From the human T2T-CHM13v2.0 reference genome, Homo sapiens: 64,000 nt of DNA. Both the position numbers and the translations under genes were made by a program. Positions 1-22,144 of the stretch are shown in pieces; the first letter of the stretch is position 1; every line of letters begins with the position of its first letter. The stretch lies in assembly GCF_009914755.1 (NCBI RefSeq), contig NC_060936.1; one strand, 5' to 3'. The notes beneath the pieces were generated by a model. The model worked only from the letters and a program-made list of their open reading frames with translations, was not told the origin of the DNA and ran no database searches.

Positions 1-1
1 G

Positions 2-292
<291 letters not shown>

Positions 293-888
293 TTATTTCC
301 ATAATACCATGTTGTCTGGCTCCTCTACGGTGACCCTTCTATTCCTTCATCAAGGAAGGCTCTTGCCCCTAAATACTCCATAGTATGAAAGGTAATCTCA
401 ATAAATAAAATTTCTTCTGGGTCCAAAAGTAGCCTTTTATAAAAATATAAATTTTCCTGGGAAACTTAAGTCACTTGCACCTTGCTGTGAATTAGGGAAA
501 AATAACCAAACGGAACAATAACCAAACAAGCAAATTAAACTAATATAAGATAAAGCAAATGAACATGTCCTTCAAGGATGGGAAAGGTAAAGGAGGTAAC
601 ATCGGAAGAGATGGGCAGGATGAATGCACTAAGTGCTTGGGGAGCATGATTTGTAAGGATTTACTCTCTGAATGTGGAAAACTTGTGTTTTTTGGTAACA
701 AATGGCAGATGTTTTATTTCTAAATCTGTTAGTAAGTGGCTAAGGAAGTTTTAAGAGTCTGTGATTTAATACATGTATGAACTTTATTTTCAGTCCCAGA
801 AAATAAGCATTGGATTATGAATTGACTTTTGTCCCGGTGGTTCCCCAGTTATACTTCCCTTGCTCTTTCTTTCTTTTTTTTTTTTTAA

Positions 889-1272
<384 letters not shown>

Positions 1273-1716
1273 TGAAAAATCTATTAAATTTCTCCTTTTC
1301 CAACTACTTTTCTGTGTGAGACTGGATTTTTCATTTACTTCTGCCAAAACAACGTATATTGCAACAAATTAATCCAGAAGCAAATATGGGAATCTAGTTG
1401 TTTTTTATTAGGACCAATGCTAAAAAAATTCAAAAAAATGTGAAACAATGCCAGTCTTCTCACTATGTTTATTTATTTTGAGACGAAATAAGTGCATTCT
1501 CAGCTCAGTGAGCAAAGGTGCAATCTCAGCTCACTGCAACCTCTGCCTCCTGGATTCAAGCAATTCTCCTGCCTCAGCCTCCCAAGTAGATGGGATTACA
1601 GGCATGTGCCACCATGCCTGGCTAATTTTGTGTTTTTAGTAGAGACAGGTTTTCACCGTGTTGGTCAGGCTGGTCTCAAACTCCTGATGTCAGGTGATCC
1701 ACCTGCCTCGGCCTCA

Positions 1717-2070
<354 letters not shown>

Positions 2071-4681
2071 CTACATGTGCAGTTGGCCTTAGCCACACAG
2101 GAGAGGTGTGATCTGGTTCATGTCTTCGAGGAGCTTGTAATCATGGAGCTGGAACTGCTGATGCAGTCTTCTAAGTGCTGGTTTCATGAATAAACACCTC
2201 CTTTATCTGTTTCTTCTGGGTTCCAAAAGAACCCTCCATAGGCATGATTTTCACACCAGTGTTGGCTACGTAATCTTCCCAGGGCCTGGATCATAGTGAG
2301 TATTTAAAAAGTCAGAAGATCAATTGGTAGACAGGAGTATTTGGCATAGAATCACATGGGTGCATTTATTCATTCAGCATATTTATTGAGTGCCTGCTGT
2401 GCACTAGGCTCTGTATACTAAGCACTGGGAATACAGTAGTATACTAGGCAGGTGTGCTTCCTGTCTAAAGGAATTAGACTTGTTTGTGTTTTTTTTTTTC
2501 TTTTTTTTCCCAGCAAATTCCTTTTATTTTCCTTTAGAGTTGAGGGCCTGTGTACTGCCTAACTGGATTGGTAATGGAGTGAGTGCCCCATGAATTCCTG
2601 TGTTTGCAATAGTATCACCTCTCACAGAAAATCAAGAAGAGAAGTTGTGCTACCAGGGGATCCTCTCTCTTCACCCTAACATTTTCTTCTTCCTTCTTTT
2701 GGCTGTATTTTGGCCAGTCTACATAAATTAAGGTTATTATTTGAAAACAACCATCAGGGTCCACTGAGTTCTACTGAGATTGGTATTGGAGAGAGAAACT
2801 CAGAACCGGGAGGCCTGGCATTCATGTCCTGTGTGTAGGTAGTGGTAGTAGTCATACATGCTGTCCTCCTTGTGCCAGAGGCTCATGCATGTTCTCCTAT
2901 TTAATCTTCAGAATACCACCAATCAGGTAGGTGGTGATATCACCTTCTTATGATGAGGAAATAAAAACATAGTAAAGTATTAGTATACAGGGTGGCTGGC
3001 TTTCTAGTGAACCTACTGGCAATTCGTGGCCCCTCCCACTACTTCCTGAGACTATCTCATAGAACCTTCCATGACTTGCCCCCAGTGTCTTATGTATAAT
3101 GTTCATGGTGTCGATATCATGATAGGTGTTCCTAGATGTGATGGTGTCTGTTGCACACACATGTGGTGGTGTGTTTGGTGGCAGAGGTTGTACAATCTGC
3201 CACCATGCCAGCTACACACATCTTGGCTATCCCTGTGGATGAGCTGCCACTCACAGGGCCTGTTGATTTACAAAGACTTGTATCTATACTTCAGGTGTCT
3301 TCCTAGGAGCTTTGATCTAAGGAACAGACAACATCAGTGTAATCATCTTAATTTGGTCTGGCAGCTGCTGACATTCTATAGCTATAAATGTGGAAAACAG
3401 ACATAAGATTTCAGGAGTTTGCCAAAAGTGTGCATCTGGATGCCACATGTCACTAGCTTGGGGGTTCTGATGTGTATTATTCATGTCTCCTGGCTGCTTA
3501 TGGAGGACATGGCTTTAATGCCTTCAGCAAGAGGGAGAGGAACTAATATTTGAGTTTCTTTTTATGGCAGTGTCTCATATCTCTCTTACTTAATCCTCAC
3601 AACAGCTTTGTGTGGTTTTTGGAATTAATTCTGTTGTTGTGAGGAAGCAGATGCTCAGCATTTGAATAACTTGCTCAATGTTGCTGTGTCAAGCCCAGGC
3701 CTGTCTGCTTCCCTAGTTGCCTCTTTGGCATTGTTTTCCTTGAACAAATAAAAACCCCTCACAAGCAGAGGTACCCTAGCTAGCTCAGTTCTCACCACTT
3801 TGGTATTGATACTTACTCATTCAACAGATTTGTTTTGGGCACCTATTTATATGCCAAGCACTGGCAGGAGAGAAAAGATGAGTAAGGCACAACCTCGTTC
3901 TTTAAGATCATTTTACTTGTTTGCCTCTGCCTCACTTCCAATTTCAGTGTAATCTGGTATCTCTAAAGGCTGTAGGATCACGGGTGGACAAAAGTAGTGG
4001 GTAAGACATTTAAAGCTGTAAACAAAAGCAACTTAGAAAACATCATGGCATGTTCATTTAGAGCAAAACTGGCAAGGCCTGGGGCAGAGAACGATGAGAG
4101 GTTAAGAGTTGAAAAGTAAAGAGGCTTTCTCCCATAGCGAATGAGGAGACATGGGAGGTTGTTCTATTTATTTTATGAATGAGGCTCAAAATATTCTTTA
4201 AGCATTTTGGTTTTGTCTATAAAAATGTTAATTTTTTTAAATTTGGAGACCACAGTATAATAAAATACAAAAAATCACATATAATTGCATCCAGAGATAG
4301 CCACTATTAATATTTTATGTCTTTTTTGTAAACTCTGTTCTGTTTTATTATTTAATATTTTACATGTTATATAAGTTCTTAATTTTCTCAATGACTACAA
4401 AATAGTCCATGTATTTACTTAGCCATTCTACTATATTTGGACAGTCTATTGCCAATTTTTTGCTATTGTGGAATAATAGGTTAGAAATGTTTTTCTTTGT
4501 ACGTGAAGTTTTTGCTGTATTTAGAATTATTTTCTTAGGATAAATTACTGGAATGGATTTATGGGTCAGAGTATGAACAATTCTAAGGTTCTAGAGCCCT
4601 TTAAATGGTGTGTACTAATTAATAACTTCATAAGCTCAAAGAGTTCCCTGTACTTAGTAGTAAGAAATAATAATAGGTTTT

Positions 4682-5620
<939 letters not shown>

Positions 5621-6016
5621 GTGATCTGGCTGGACAAACTGAGCCAGTCCCACACAAAATCTTAAAAAAAAAAAAAGAAAAGAAATAATAATAGGTTTTT
5701 AAAAATCATTATTTGCCTATTGGAGAGGTAAAAACAGATTTCTTTATCTTAATTTGTATCACTTTGATTATTAATGAGGCACAATATTTTTTCCTGTATG
5801 TTGTATTTCCTATGTGTACCTTGCTGGGCTCAGGTGATCCTCCCACCTTAGCCTTCCAAGTAGCTGGGACTATCTAAATTGTAGTCACTGTGTTGTATTT
5901 CATTATCTGAATTGCCTGTTCATTTTCCTCATGGGATAATAATACTAGGAAGAGCCCCGGTGCGGTGGCTTACGCCTGTAATCCCAGTACTTTGGGAGGC
6001 TAAGGTGAGTGGATCA

Positions 6017-6328
<312 letters not shown>

Positions 6329-6484
6329 TCAGGAGATCAAGACCATCCTGGCTAACACGGTGAAACCCTGTCTCTACTAAAAATACAACAGGGCCGGGCG
6401 CGGTGGCTCACGCCTGTACTCCTAGCACTTTGGGAGGCCGAGGCGAGCGGATCACGAGGTCAGGAGATCAAGACCATCTGGCTA

Positions 6485-6727
<243 letters not shown>

Positions 6728-6730
6728 TTA

Positions 6731-6925
<195 letters not shown>

Positions 6926-6939
6926 TTATATATAGCTCT

Positions 6940-7724
<785 letters not shown>

Positions 7725-8018
7725 TAGTAGAGACAGGGTTTCATCATGTTGTCCAGGCTGGTCTCAAACTCCTGACCTCAGGTAATCCACCTACCTACCT
7801 TGGCCTCCCAAAGTGCTGGGATTACAGGTGTGAGCCACTTGGACCCGGCCCCTTCCTCTTTCTCTCTGTCTCTCTCTTTCTTTCTTTTATTTTTTATTTT
7901 TATTTTTTGAAATGGAGTATCACTGGCTGGGTGCGGTGGCTCACGCCTGTAATCCCAGCACTTTGGGAGGCTGAGGTGGGCTGATCACGAGGTCAGGAGA
8001 TGGAGACCATCCTGGCTA

Positions 8019-8341
<323 letters not shown>

Positions 8342-8344
8342 TAG

Positions 8345-10275
<1,931 letters not shown>

Positions 10276-10530
10276 AAGGGCCCTAGGATTTTCATTGTAA
10301 GTCCATTTGTCTCCTGTTTAAATCATAAGTATAGAAACACCTTAATATGGCCATTATTTGATAGTAGTGACATGGAAAATACTTTGCCATCTTAGAAAGG
10401 GCAATGACTAAATACTGGCCTAATGTATGTTTTTCCTCCGAGAAGGAGGAAAGCCACTTAATGGTCAACATTGAATCCTGTCAAGCAGAGTAGGAGGCAA
10501 TATAGCCTCCTTTATAGCAATACAGCCTCA

Positions 10531-10728
<198 letters not shown>

Positions 10729-10740
10729 TCAGCTACTCAG

Positions 10741-11486
10741 TTTCACGTGCATCCGTGTGAAAAGACCACCAAACAGGCTTTGTGTGAGCAACAAGCCTGT
10801 TTATTTCACCTGGGTGCAGGCAGGCTGAGTCAGAAAAGAGAGTCAGCAAAGGGTGGTGGGATTATCATTAGTTCTTTCTTTTTTTTTTTTTTTTTTGTGA
10901 GACAGAGTCTCGCTCTGTCGCCCAGGCTAGAGTGCAGTGGTGCGATCTGGGCTCACTGCAAGCTCCGCCTCCCAGGTTCATGCCATTCTCCTGCCTCAGC
11001 CTCCTGAGTTTCTGGGACTACAGGTGCCCGCCACTAATTTTTTGTATTTTTTTAGTAGAGACGGGGTTTCACCGTGTTAGCCAGGATGGTCTCGATCTCC
11101 TGACCTCGTGATCTGCCCGCCTTAGCCTCCCAAAGTGCTGGGATTACAGGCATGAGCCACCACACCTGGCCATATCATTAAATGTTCTTATAGGTTTTGG
11201 GATAGGCGGTGGAGTTAGGAGCAATGTTTTGTGGGCAGGGGATGGATCTCACAAAGTACATTCTCAAGGGTGGGGAGAATTACAAAGAACCTTTTTAAGG
11301 GTCGGGGAGATTACAAAGTACATTGATCAGTCAGGGTGGGGCAGAAACAAATCACAATGGTGGAATGTCATCAGTTAAGGCTATTTTCACTTCTTTTGTG
11401 GATCTTCAGTTGCTTCAGGCCATCTGGATGTATACGTGCAGGTCACAGGGGATATGATGGTTTAGCTTGGGCTCAGAGGCCTGACA
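10741..11486 (-). mobile_element. Solo HERV-H LTR (LTR7 family) inserted in an Alu and itself interrupted by an AluY (about 10877-11171)
   Basis: Reverse complement starts TGTCAGGCCTCTGAGCCCAAGCTAA and ends ...CACGTGAAA. Flanks CTCAG/CTCAT form a 5-bp TSD with 1 mismatch. Host Alu at 10562-10740 resumes at 11487. Confidence 0.9.
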
Positions 11487-11765
11487 CTCATGAGGCAGAG
11501 GTTGCAGTAAGCCAAGATCACATCAATGCACTCCAGCCTGAGCAACAGAGCGAGACTCCATCTCAAAAAAAAAAAAAAGTAGAAGAAAGAAAGATGTATT
11601 TGGATTCACTTTAAGAAAGAGCAAATAAGCATTTAGGGCCAGGCGCGGTGACTCACCCCTGTAATCCCAGTGGCCAACATGGTGAATCCCTGTCTCTACT
11701 AAAAATACAAAAATTAGCCAGGCATGGTGGCGAGTGCCTGTAATCCCAGCTACTCTGGAGGCTGA

Positions 11766-12685
<920 letters not shown>

Positions 12686-12718
12686 TCAAAAAAAAAAGCA
12701 TTTAAAATCTATAGATAA

Positions 12719-13521
12719 TTTTCAGTCTCCGGCTGCGGCTGCGAAAGAAGCCGCCATGTCTGCATATCTGCAACGGGTGGTTGGCACTGCTCCAGTTTCC
12801 TGATCAAGAGGAATAAGCAGACCTACAGCACCATGCCCAATAACTTGAAGGCCTGCAACTGCTTCCACTACAATGGGCTTATTCAACGCAAGACTGTGGG
12901 CGTGGAGCCGGCAGCCCACGGCAAAGGTTTCATAGTTGTGAAGCAGAGATCCAGCCAGTGGAAGCCTGCCACCTTCTACATGCAGACCACCATTAACAAG
13001 AATGCTCGGGCAGGGCGGGGTGGCTCAGGCCTGTAATCCCAGCACTAATGGGAGGCGGAGGTGGGTGGATCACAAGGTCAGGAGTTCGAGACCAGCCTGG
13101 CCAACGTAGTGAAACCCCGTCTGTAATAAAAATACAAAAATTAGCCAGGCATGGTGGTGCGCGCCTATAGTCCCAGCTACTCAGGAGGCTGAGGCAGGAG
13201 AATCGCTTGAACCCAGGAGGCAGAGGTTGTGGTGAGCCGAGATTGCGTCACTGCACTCCAGTCTGGGCAACAGAGTGAGAATCCATCTCAAAAGAACAAA
13301 CATACAAACAACAGAAAAAAACAAGAATGCTCGCGCCACCCTCAGCAGCATCAGACACAGGATCCTCAAGAGCAAGTACCGCCCCGACCTGCGCGTGGCA
13401 GCCTTCTGCAGGCCAGCGCCATCCTGCACATCCAGAAGCCTGTGATGGTGAAGAAAGAGGAAGAGGATTAGAAAACCTGCCCCCAAAGCAATAGTCAGCT
13501 GGCTTTCTCAAAAACAAAAAC
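12719..13521 (+). pseudogene. Processed RPL28 (eL28) pseudogene, frameshifted and split by an Alu (13009-13319)
   Basis: ATG at 12756. Recognisable RPL28 peptides ([40 protein letters not shown]; TTINKNAR|ATLSSIRH...KYRPDLR). Outer TSD AAAATCTATAGATAA at 12704-12718 and 13783-13797. Inner Alu TSD AACAAGAATGCTCG. Confidence 0.9.
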
Positions 13522-14091
13522 ATGAATCAAGAGGTCAGGAGATCCAGACCATCCTGGCTAACATGGTGCAACCCTGTCTCTACTAAAAATACAAAATGTA
13601 GCCAGGCGTGGTGGCGGGCACCTGTAGTCCCAGCTACTTGGGAGGCTAAGACAGGAGAATGGTGTGAGTTCTCCGGGAGGTGGAGTTGCAGTGAGCCGAG
13701 ATAGTGACACTGCACTCCAGCCTGGGCGACAGAGCGAGACTCCATCTCAAAAACAAAACAAAACAAAACAAACAAAAAACAAAAAATCTATAGATAAAGG
13801 AATTCAGATATATACTGGTGGAGAACTATAAGGTTCTCATCTGTCTTTGGGGTGGAGAAATTGGTCTGAATGCCTCTTAATGAGACATAGGTCACTCTCA
13901 ATTCAAACCAGGGCCTAGAGCATTAGAAAGATCCAAGGCTCCTTCAGGCCCAGCTCCATGAAGTGACCATAGCTTTCCATTAACGACTGGTAGCCATCAA
14001 CTGTCTCGGGCTTCTGGGATTTTGGCTCTCAGAGAAATTAGAGGGGGATGTTCTTCTCAAGATCAACTATCTAATAGTGTTTAAGAATTTA

Positions 14092-14436
<345 letters not shown>

Positions 14437-14757
14437 CTATATGGCACTTCTTTCATCTTAGGATCTAATAGCTGTTTACCACTACTAATTAGTATGTAAC
14501 TCCTTGGCTGGTGGTGAGGGTGGTTGATCTGCACTTTTATGAGATGAAACATCTGAGAGTTGACTGGAATGGAGCCTGTACCTCTTGAGGTACTTCTGGT
14601 CAGTGGTTTTCTACCTGAAAACTTTTTCTTTCCTCTAAGATTGAAATGGGACACTGAGCGACCAAAAGCAAGTGGATTGCAGAAGGGAAATATTCTGCAT
14701 GTACTAGCATGTGCATATTACGCATGTGTGTACATGTAATGCAGAATGCAGGCACTA

Positions 14758-15088
<331 letters not shown>

Positions 15089-15098
15089 TTAAAAGTAA

Positions 15099-15380
<282 letters not shown>

Positions 15381-16084
15381 TGAGTTAAGTTTTGATCGGT
15401 GTCCACTGTAATGCTTTGTTGACAGTTACTGTGAATGACCAACCTGTAAAAGGGGAAAATCCAAACTTCTAACCACACTGAGGTCATCATGGATTTATAC
15501 CATGCATGAGGACATAATGATTATAATAACTAAGCTATTGAGTCTTTTACATCTATTTACATCCTTTACATCTATTTACTCATCTCGTTTTCCACAATCA
15601 CCACATGAAGTGTAGATACTGTATTTATCACCATTTTATAGATGAGTAAACAAAGGCACAGAGAGGTAACAGAAGTTGCCTAAGGGCACACAGTTTGCCA
15701 GCAGAAAAGCCAGGTTACGTGATTTCATTGCAGGCTCTTATAACTATTGAGCTATACTGCTTGTTAGTAGAACGCCAGATGATGCTATGGGATTAGCCCA
15801 GAGATTTACAAAAGAGGAGACCTGGGCACATTTGAAGGCGGAATGGCTTGAACGGCCATGAATACAAGATAGGAAGAGGATGTTGAAGAAAGGTGGGGTC
15901 CCCTAAGACCACTTGGAATTGGGATAGGTTATAGGTTGTAGTGCTCTGGTAAAGGCGAGCTTTAGCAGAGGTAGAACAATCCTTATTCTTCTGAGGTTGC
16001 AGTGACATGTAAGTATAGAGAGCTGCTGGGAAGAGAAGACAGAGAAGTGAAAGTAACTTGTACCTGACGACTTGAGCCTTTGGG

Positions 16085-16265
16085 CAGTGTGCTGGAGCTG
16101 GCTCGTACCAGCTCAAGAGACCCCTTGTTAAACATCAAGGAATTTTGCAAGTAGGTTGGTAGCTTGAAATTAGCCAAAGTGGGAGTATTCAACTCCAGAA
16201 ATTAGCAAATACTACAAATCAGGGCCTCCCCACCACCACTCAGAACTGGTTTACCAGAACACCTT
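16085..16265. mobile_element. hAT-type MITE, MER63-like
   Basis: Starts CAGTGTGCTGGAGCTGGCTCGTACCAGCTC and ends near ...GGTTTACCAGAACACC. Recognised from memory of the consensus. Confidence 0.55.
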
Positions 16266-16869
16266 ACACTCCCTTTCTTCTCTTTTCCACTTCACTAACA
16301 GTCAAAAGCCTGCTGAAGTGCCAGTTGAATTTGAAGCTTGAGTGAGTGCCCATTATGGGAAAGGCACTGTGCCAGATGCCAGGGTAAGAAAGACCAACCC
16401 CTCAAGTAAATAATACTGTGGTGGAGAGTGAAGAGCATGCAGGCGTAAATCCTGGACTAGCTGTCGGCTCTTGGGACAGTCACTTAAACTTGGGTTACTC
16501 ATCTGTAAATGGAGATAATAATATATATCCCAAAGGGTTATTGAGATGACTGAGAACATGTAAAGTTCCTGGCACAGAGGTGTTCATTAAGTGATGGTTC
16601 TAAGAGTGGGGACATGTAAACAGATGTCTTTCATATAGCTTGATATAAGAAATAAAGATGGGAGCCGGGCACAGTGGCTCATGCCTATAATCCCAGCACT
16701 TTGGGAGGCTGAGGTGAGAGGACTGCTTGAGCCCAGGAGTTTGATACCAGCCTGGGCAACAAAGTGAGACCCTGTCTCTACAAAACATTTTTTTAAATGA
16801 AGCATAGGCCGGGTGCGGTGGCTCATGACTGTAATCCCAGCACTTGGGGAGGCCGAGGCGGGTGGATCA

Positions 16870-17118
<249 letters not shown>

Positions 17119-17460
17119 TCAGGCACGGTAGTGTGTGCCTCTGGCCAGCTACTTGGGAAGCTGAGGCATGAGGATCATTTAAACCCAGGAGTTTGAGGCT
17201 GTGGTGAGCTATGATTGTGCCACTGCACTCCAGCCTGGATGACAGAGCAAGATTCTGTCTCCAAAAAACAAACAAATAAACAAAAGAAATAAAGACAGAA
17301 TGACTACAGGTCATAGTCCCCTCAGTAGATTCCAGAGTTTTCAGGGTGGATGATTCATGGATGATTTTCCTTGTTTGTTATCAGAAGGTTACCGGGGTTT
17401 TTTTTTTGTCCCTACAAATCAAGTTTGCCGGATTTACTTGTTGTTTTTACCGGTTTTTAG

Positions 17461-17757
<297 letters not shown>

Positions 17758-17808
17758 TAGTAGAGAGGGGGTTTCATCGTGTTAGCTGGGATGGTCTTGA
17801 TCTCCTGA

Positions 17809-18367
<559 letters not shown>

Positions 18368-19487
18368 TAGTAGAGACAGGGTTTCACCACGTTGGCCAGG
18401 CTGGTCTTGATCTCCTGACCTCGTGATCCGCCCGCCTCGCCCTCCCAAAGTGTTGGGATTACAGGCGTGAGCCACCGCACCCAGCCTCTGATCAAATTCT
18501 TAAAGGCCAAATTACCTTTATAAAACTGAGGACCCCCTAACATTTACCTTGTAAAAGCTTTTTTTTCTCCTTTTCTCTGTGAAAAAGATGGAATATACAA
18601 ATTAACTAAGTAATATCTGCATTTTTACAGATTTAATCTCTCAACAATTATTTATTGATCAATTACTATGTGTGCATACTATATTAAGTGCTGGGAACAT
18701 GATGGTGAGCATAACTAATCCTGGTCCCTGCTCACATGTGGCTATGTACATCTATATTAATTAAACTTAAATAACATTAGAACTTCACATCCACACCTGT
18801 ACTAGCCATCTTTTATGTACTTAATAGTCACATGTGGTGAGTGGCTATTGGGTTGGACAGTGTAGATTTAGAATATTTTCATCACCACAGAAAGTCCTCT
18901 TGGACTGTGCTATTCTAGAGTGAGGGAGGTGGACATTGATCAAATACTCATAAAAGTATGATTGCAATTGTAGTAAGTACTAGGCAGAAAGAATAGATGG
19001 TAACATGAGAACATTTCATAGGGGGATTTGACTTCTCTGTTGGTTTTCCCAAGGAAAACCTGTTCAAACTAGATTTGCTCAATGCTTGGAAGTTAGCAAA
19101 GCCCTGTGGTGGGAGGGAGGACAGTAATTACAGGGACTGAAAGCAAGCTAATGACTGAATCATGGGGATTGAGGAGAAGTTTGGGTGAGATGAAGGGGTG
19201 GAAGGACCACAAAGGGCCTTGTAGAAAGAAGATGAAGAAGCAGAGAGGCTTAGTAACTTGGCTTTGCAGTTAGTAATAGAACCTGGATTTGACTTCAAAG
19301 TCTACACTGCATAATAAGGGTATATTCAACAGACTTTGGTTCTGCAATTATCTCTTTTTGCTCCTTCTTTGGAAATTGCCAAAGTTCCCTCTACTGGATT
19401 ATTCCTTTAGCATAAAAACATGCTGTAATAATTTCCTTCTTAGACAAACCAAAAAAACCAAAAAGTCTGGCCAGGCACGGTGGCTCA

Positions 19488-19789
<302 letters not shown>

Positions 19790-20219
19790 CTACATCCCTC
19801 TTTAGCTCCTTTCCTATTGTTGTTTTGTTTTGTTTTGTTTTTATAGCAAAACCCCTTTAAGAGTTGCCTATACTTACTCCCTCCATTTCCTTATTTTCTG
19901 TTTCTTGCTGAACTTCTTCTAATTAGGATTTCTTACCTACCACCATTTTCATAAGTGACCTCCATGACTCAGCCCTTACCTTATAGGATTTCTTGGCAGT
20001 GCTTGAAATAGTTGATCTTCCTTTTTGGAGCACTTCTTCACTGGCTTCTGAGACACCACACAGTCTTGGTTTTCCTCCTACCTCCTGCCAGCTCCTTCTT
20101 AGGCTCCATTGCTGGATTCTTTTCCCCTTTTGCAGTTTGAGCGTGCCAGGGCTCTGTCCTGGGCCATCTTTATTTCTCTAAATACATTAACTCCTGGGTA
20201 ATTTCATCTAGTCCCATGG

Positions 20220-20648
20220 AGTGACAGTTAATTTTATGTGTCAACTTGGCTAGCATACGGTGCCCAGTTGTTTGGCAGATAAAAGCATAGATGTTGCTGT
20301 GAAGGTATTTTTTAGATGTGACTTACAATGAAATCAGTAGGCTTTGAGTAAAGCTAGTGACCCTCCATAATGTGGATGGGCTTCATCCAATTAGTTGAAG
20401 ACCTTAGAGAAAAGATGGAGGTTTCCCAAAGAGGAAGCAATTCTGCACCCAGACCACCGTTAGTCTCAAGATTGCCACATCAATGCCTGCTTGAATTTCC
20501 AGCCTATCAGCCAGCCTTGGAGTTTTCAGACTTATCAGCCCTCACAACTGTGTGAGTCAATTCTTTAAAAAAAAGAAAAGAAAAAAATCTCTCTATATAT
20601 ACATGTATCCTATTGGTTCTGTTTCTCTGAAGAGCTGTGACTAATACA
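20220..20648 (+). mobile_element. MLT2 (ERVL) solo LTR
   Basis: GTTAATTTTATGTGTCAACTTGGCT near the start, CCTATTGGTTCTGTTTCTCTG...ACTAATACA at the end. 5-bp TSD CATGG at 20215-20219 and 20649-20653. Confidence 0.85.
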
Positions 20649-21022
20649 CATGGTATTAAATATCTTTTATGTTTGACACCAAATGTTTATTTCTAGCCTT
20701 GACTTCTCCCTTGAACTCCATACTTACATATCCAACTGCTTAGTCAACCTCTCCATTTGGATAATAATAGATCTGTTAACCCATACTATGGATTTGTCCC
20801 AAACTATTGTTTTCCCCCACCTCCCATCTTTCTTCCTCCTCTCTGGGTGTTCCTGCTTTTCATTGAAGAGTGCTATTATTTACCCCATTGCTAAAGCCAG
20901 AAATCTAGCGTTATCATTGATTCTCTTTCTCTTACATCTCTTATTCCATCCATCTGTACAACTGTACAACATATATCTGTGCAATTAGCTTTACCTTCAA
21001 ATGTATTTTTTAACCTCACTAA

Positions 21023-21307
<285 letters not shown>

Positions 21308-21692
21308 TAGCCAGGCTCATCTCAATCTCCTGACCTCGTGATCCGCCCGCCTCAGCCTCCTGAAGTGCTGGGATTACAGACATGAGCCACCGAGCCCGGC
21401 CATATCTCCACTTTTAAGTCCCTGCCCTCCTTAGCCTATTTTCCACACAACTGAGCAATTATTTTATCATACAACAATCATTTCCTTCTCTTCTCTTCAC
21501 ACTCTGGCATCTTACCACATTTAAAATGAAATCCAAAATCCTGACTATGGCCTGATGATGGATGTGACCCCTGGCTATTCCTCTGACCTCACTTCCTACC
21601 ACTTTTTTTCTCACTCATTAGGCTTTAGACATACTGGTTACTTTGTGGATTCTTGGATAAGTCAAGCAGACTCCTAGCTTAGGGCTTTAGTA

Positions 21693-22144
21693 TGTTGAAG
21701 CCAGAATAAAAATGTGAGACAAGTCTCTAAATTAAAATTTTTTATTTGGAAAGAAAGAATAGCAATTTGGGGCATATATGCAGACAGGGTGGTCTTCAGT
21801 ATGTCTGAAGAACAAAGAGAAGGTTAGAGGTTTTAGAAACAGGAGAGCTGTTACATATTGCTCTTCAAGAAAGTTCTTTGGGACTAGTTAGGGTTTGGGG
21901 AGCTAGCAAGCTCTGGTGAGTGATGGCAGTGGGCAAAATTAGTCCTAGAGTTTCAGCAAGTTCTCTTAGCATTTATAGATAAAGCTGGTCTCAGGTTACA
22001 ACAGGCAGTTTCAGCAGTCAGGCTTGCAGAGAATTACATTCTTGGAGCAATGTTTTGTACCCTGAGTGCTTTTCCCCCTAGCCCCTTGGCTCTGATTTAA
22101 TTGGGAATGACAAGAATGACCCAATTTTATGATCAGCTTTCACA
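21693..22144 (-). mobile_element. Solo ERV LTR (LTR47-like; family tentative)
   Basis: 452 bp with TG...CA ends and TSD AGTA at 21689-21692 and 22145-22148. Minus-strand AATAAA near its 3' end. Confidence 0.7.
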
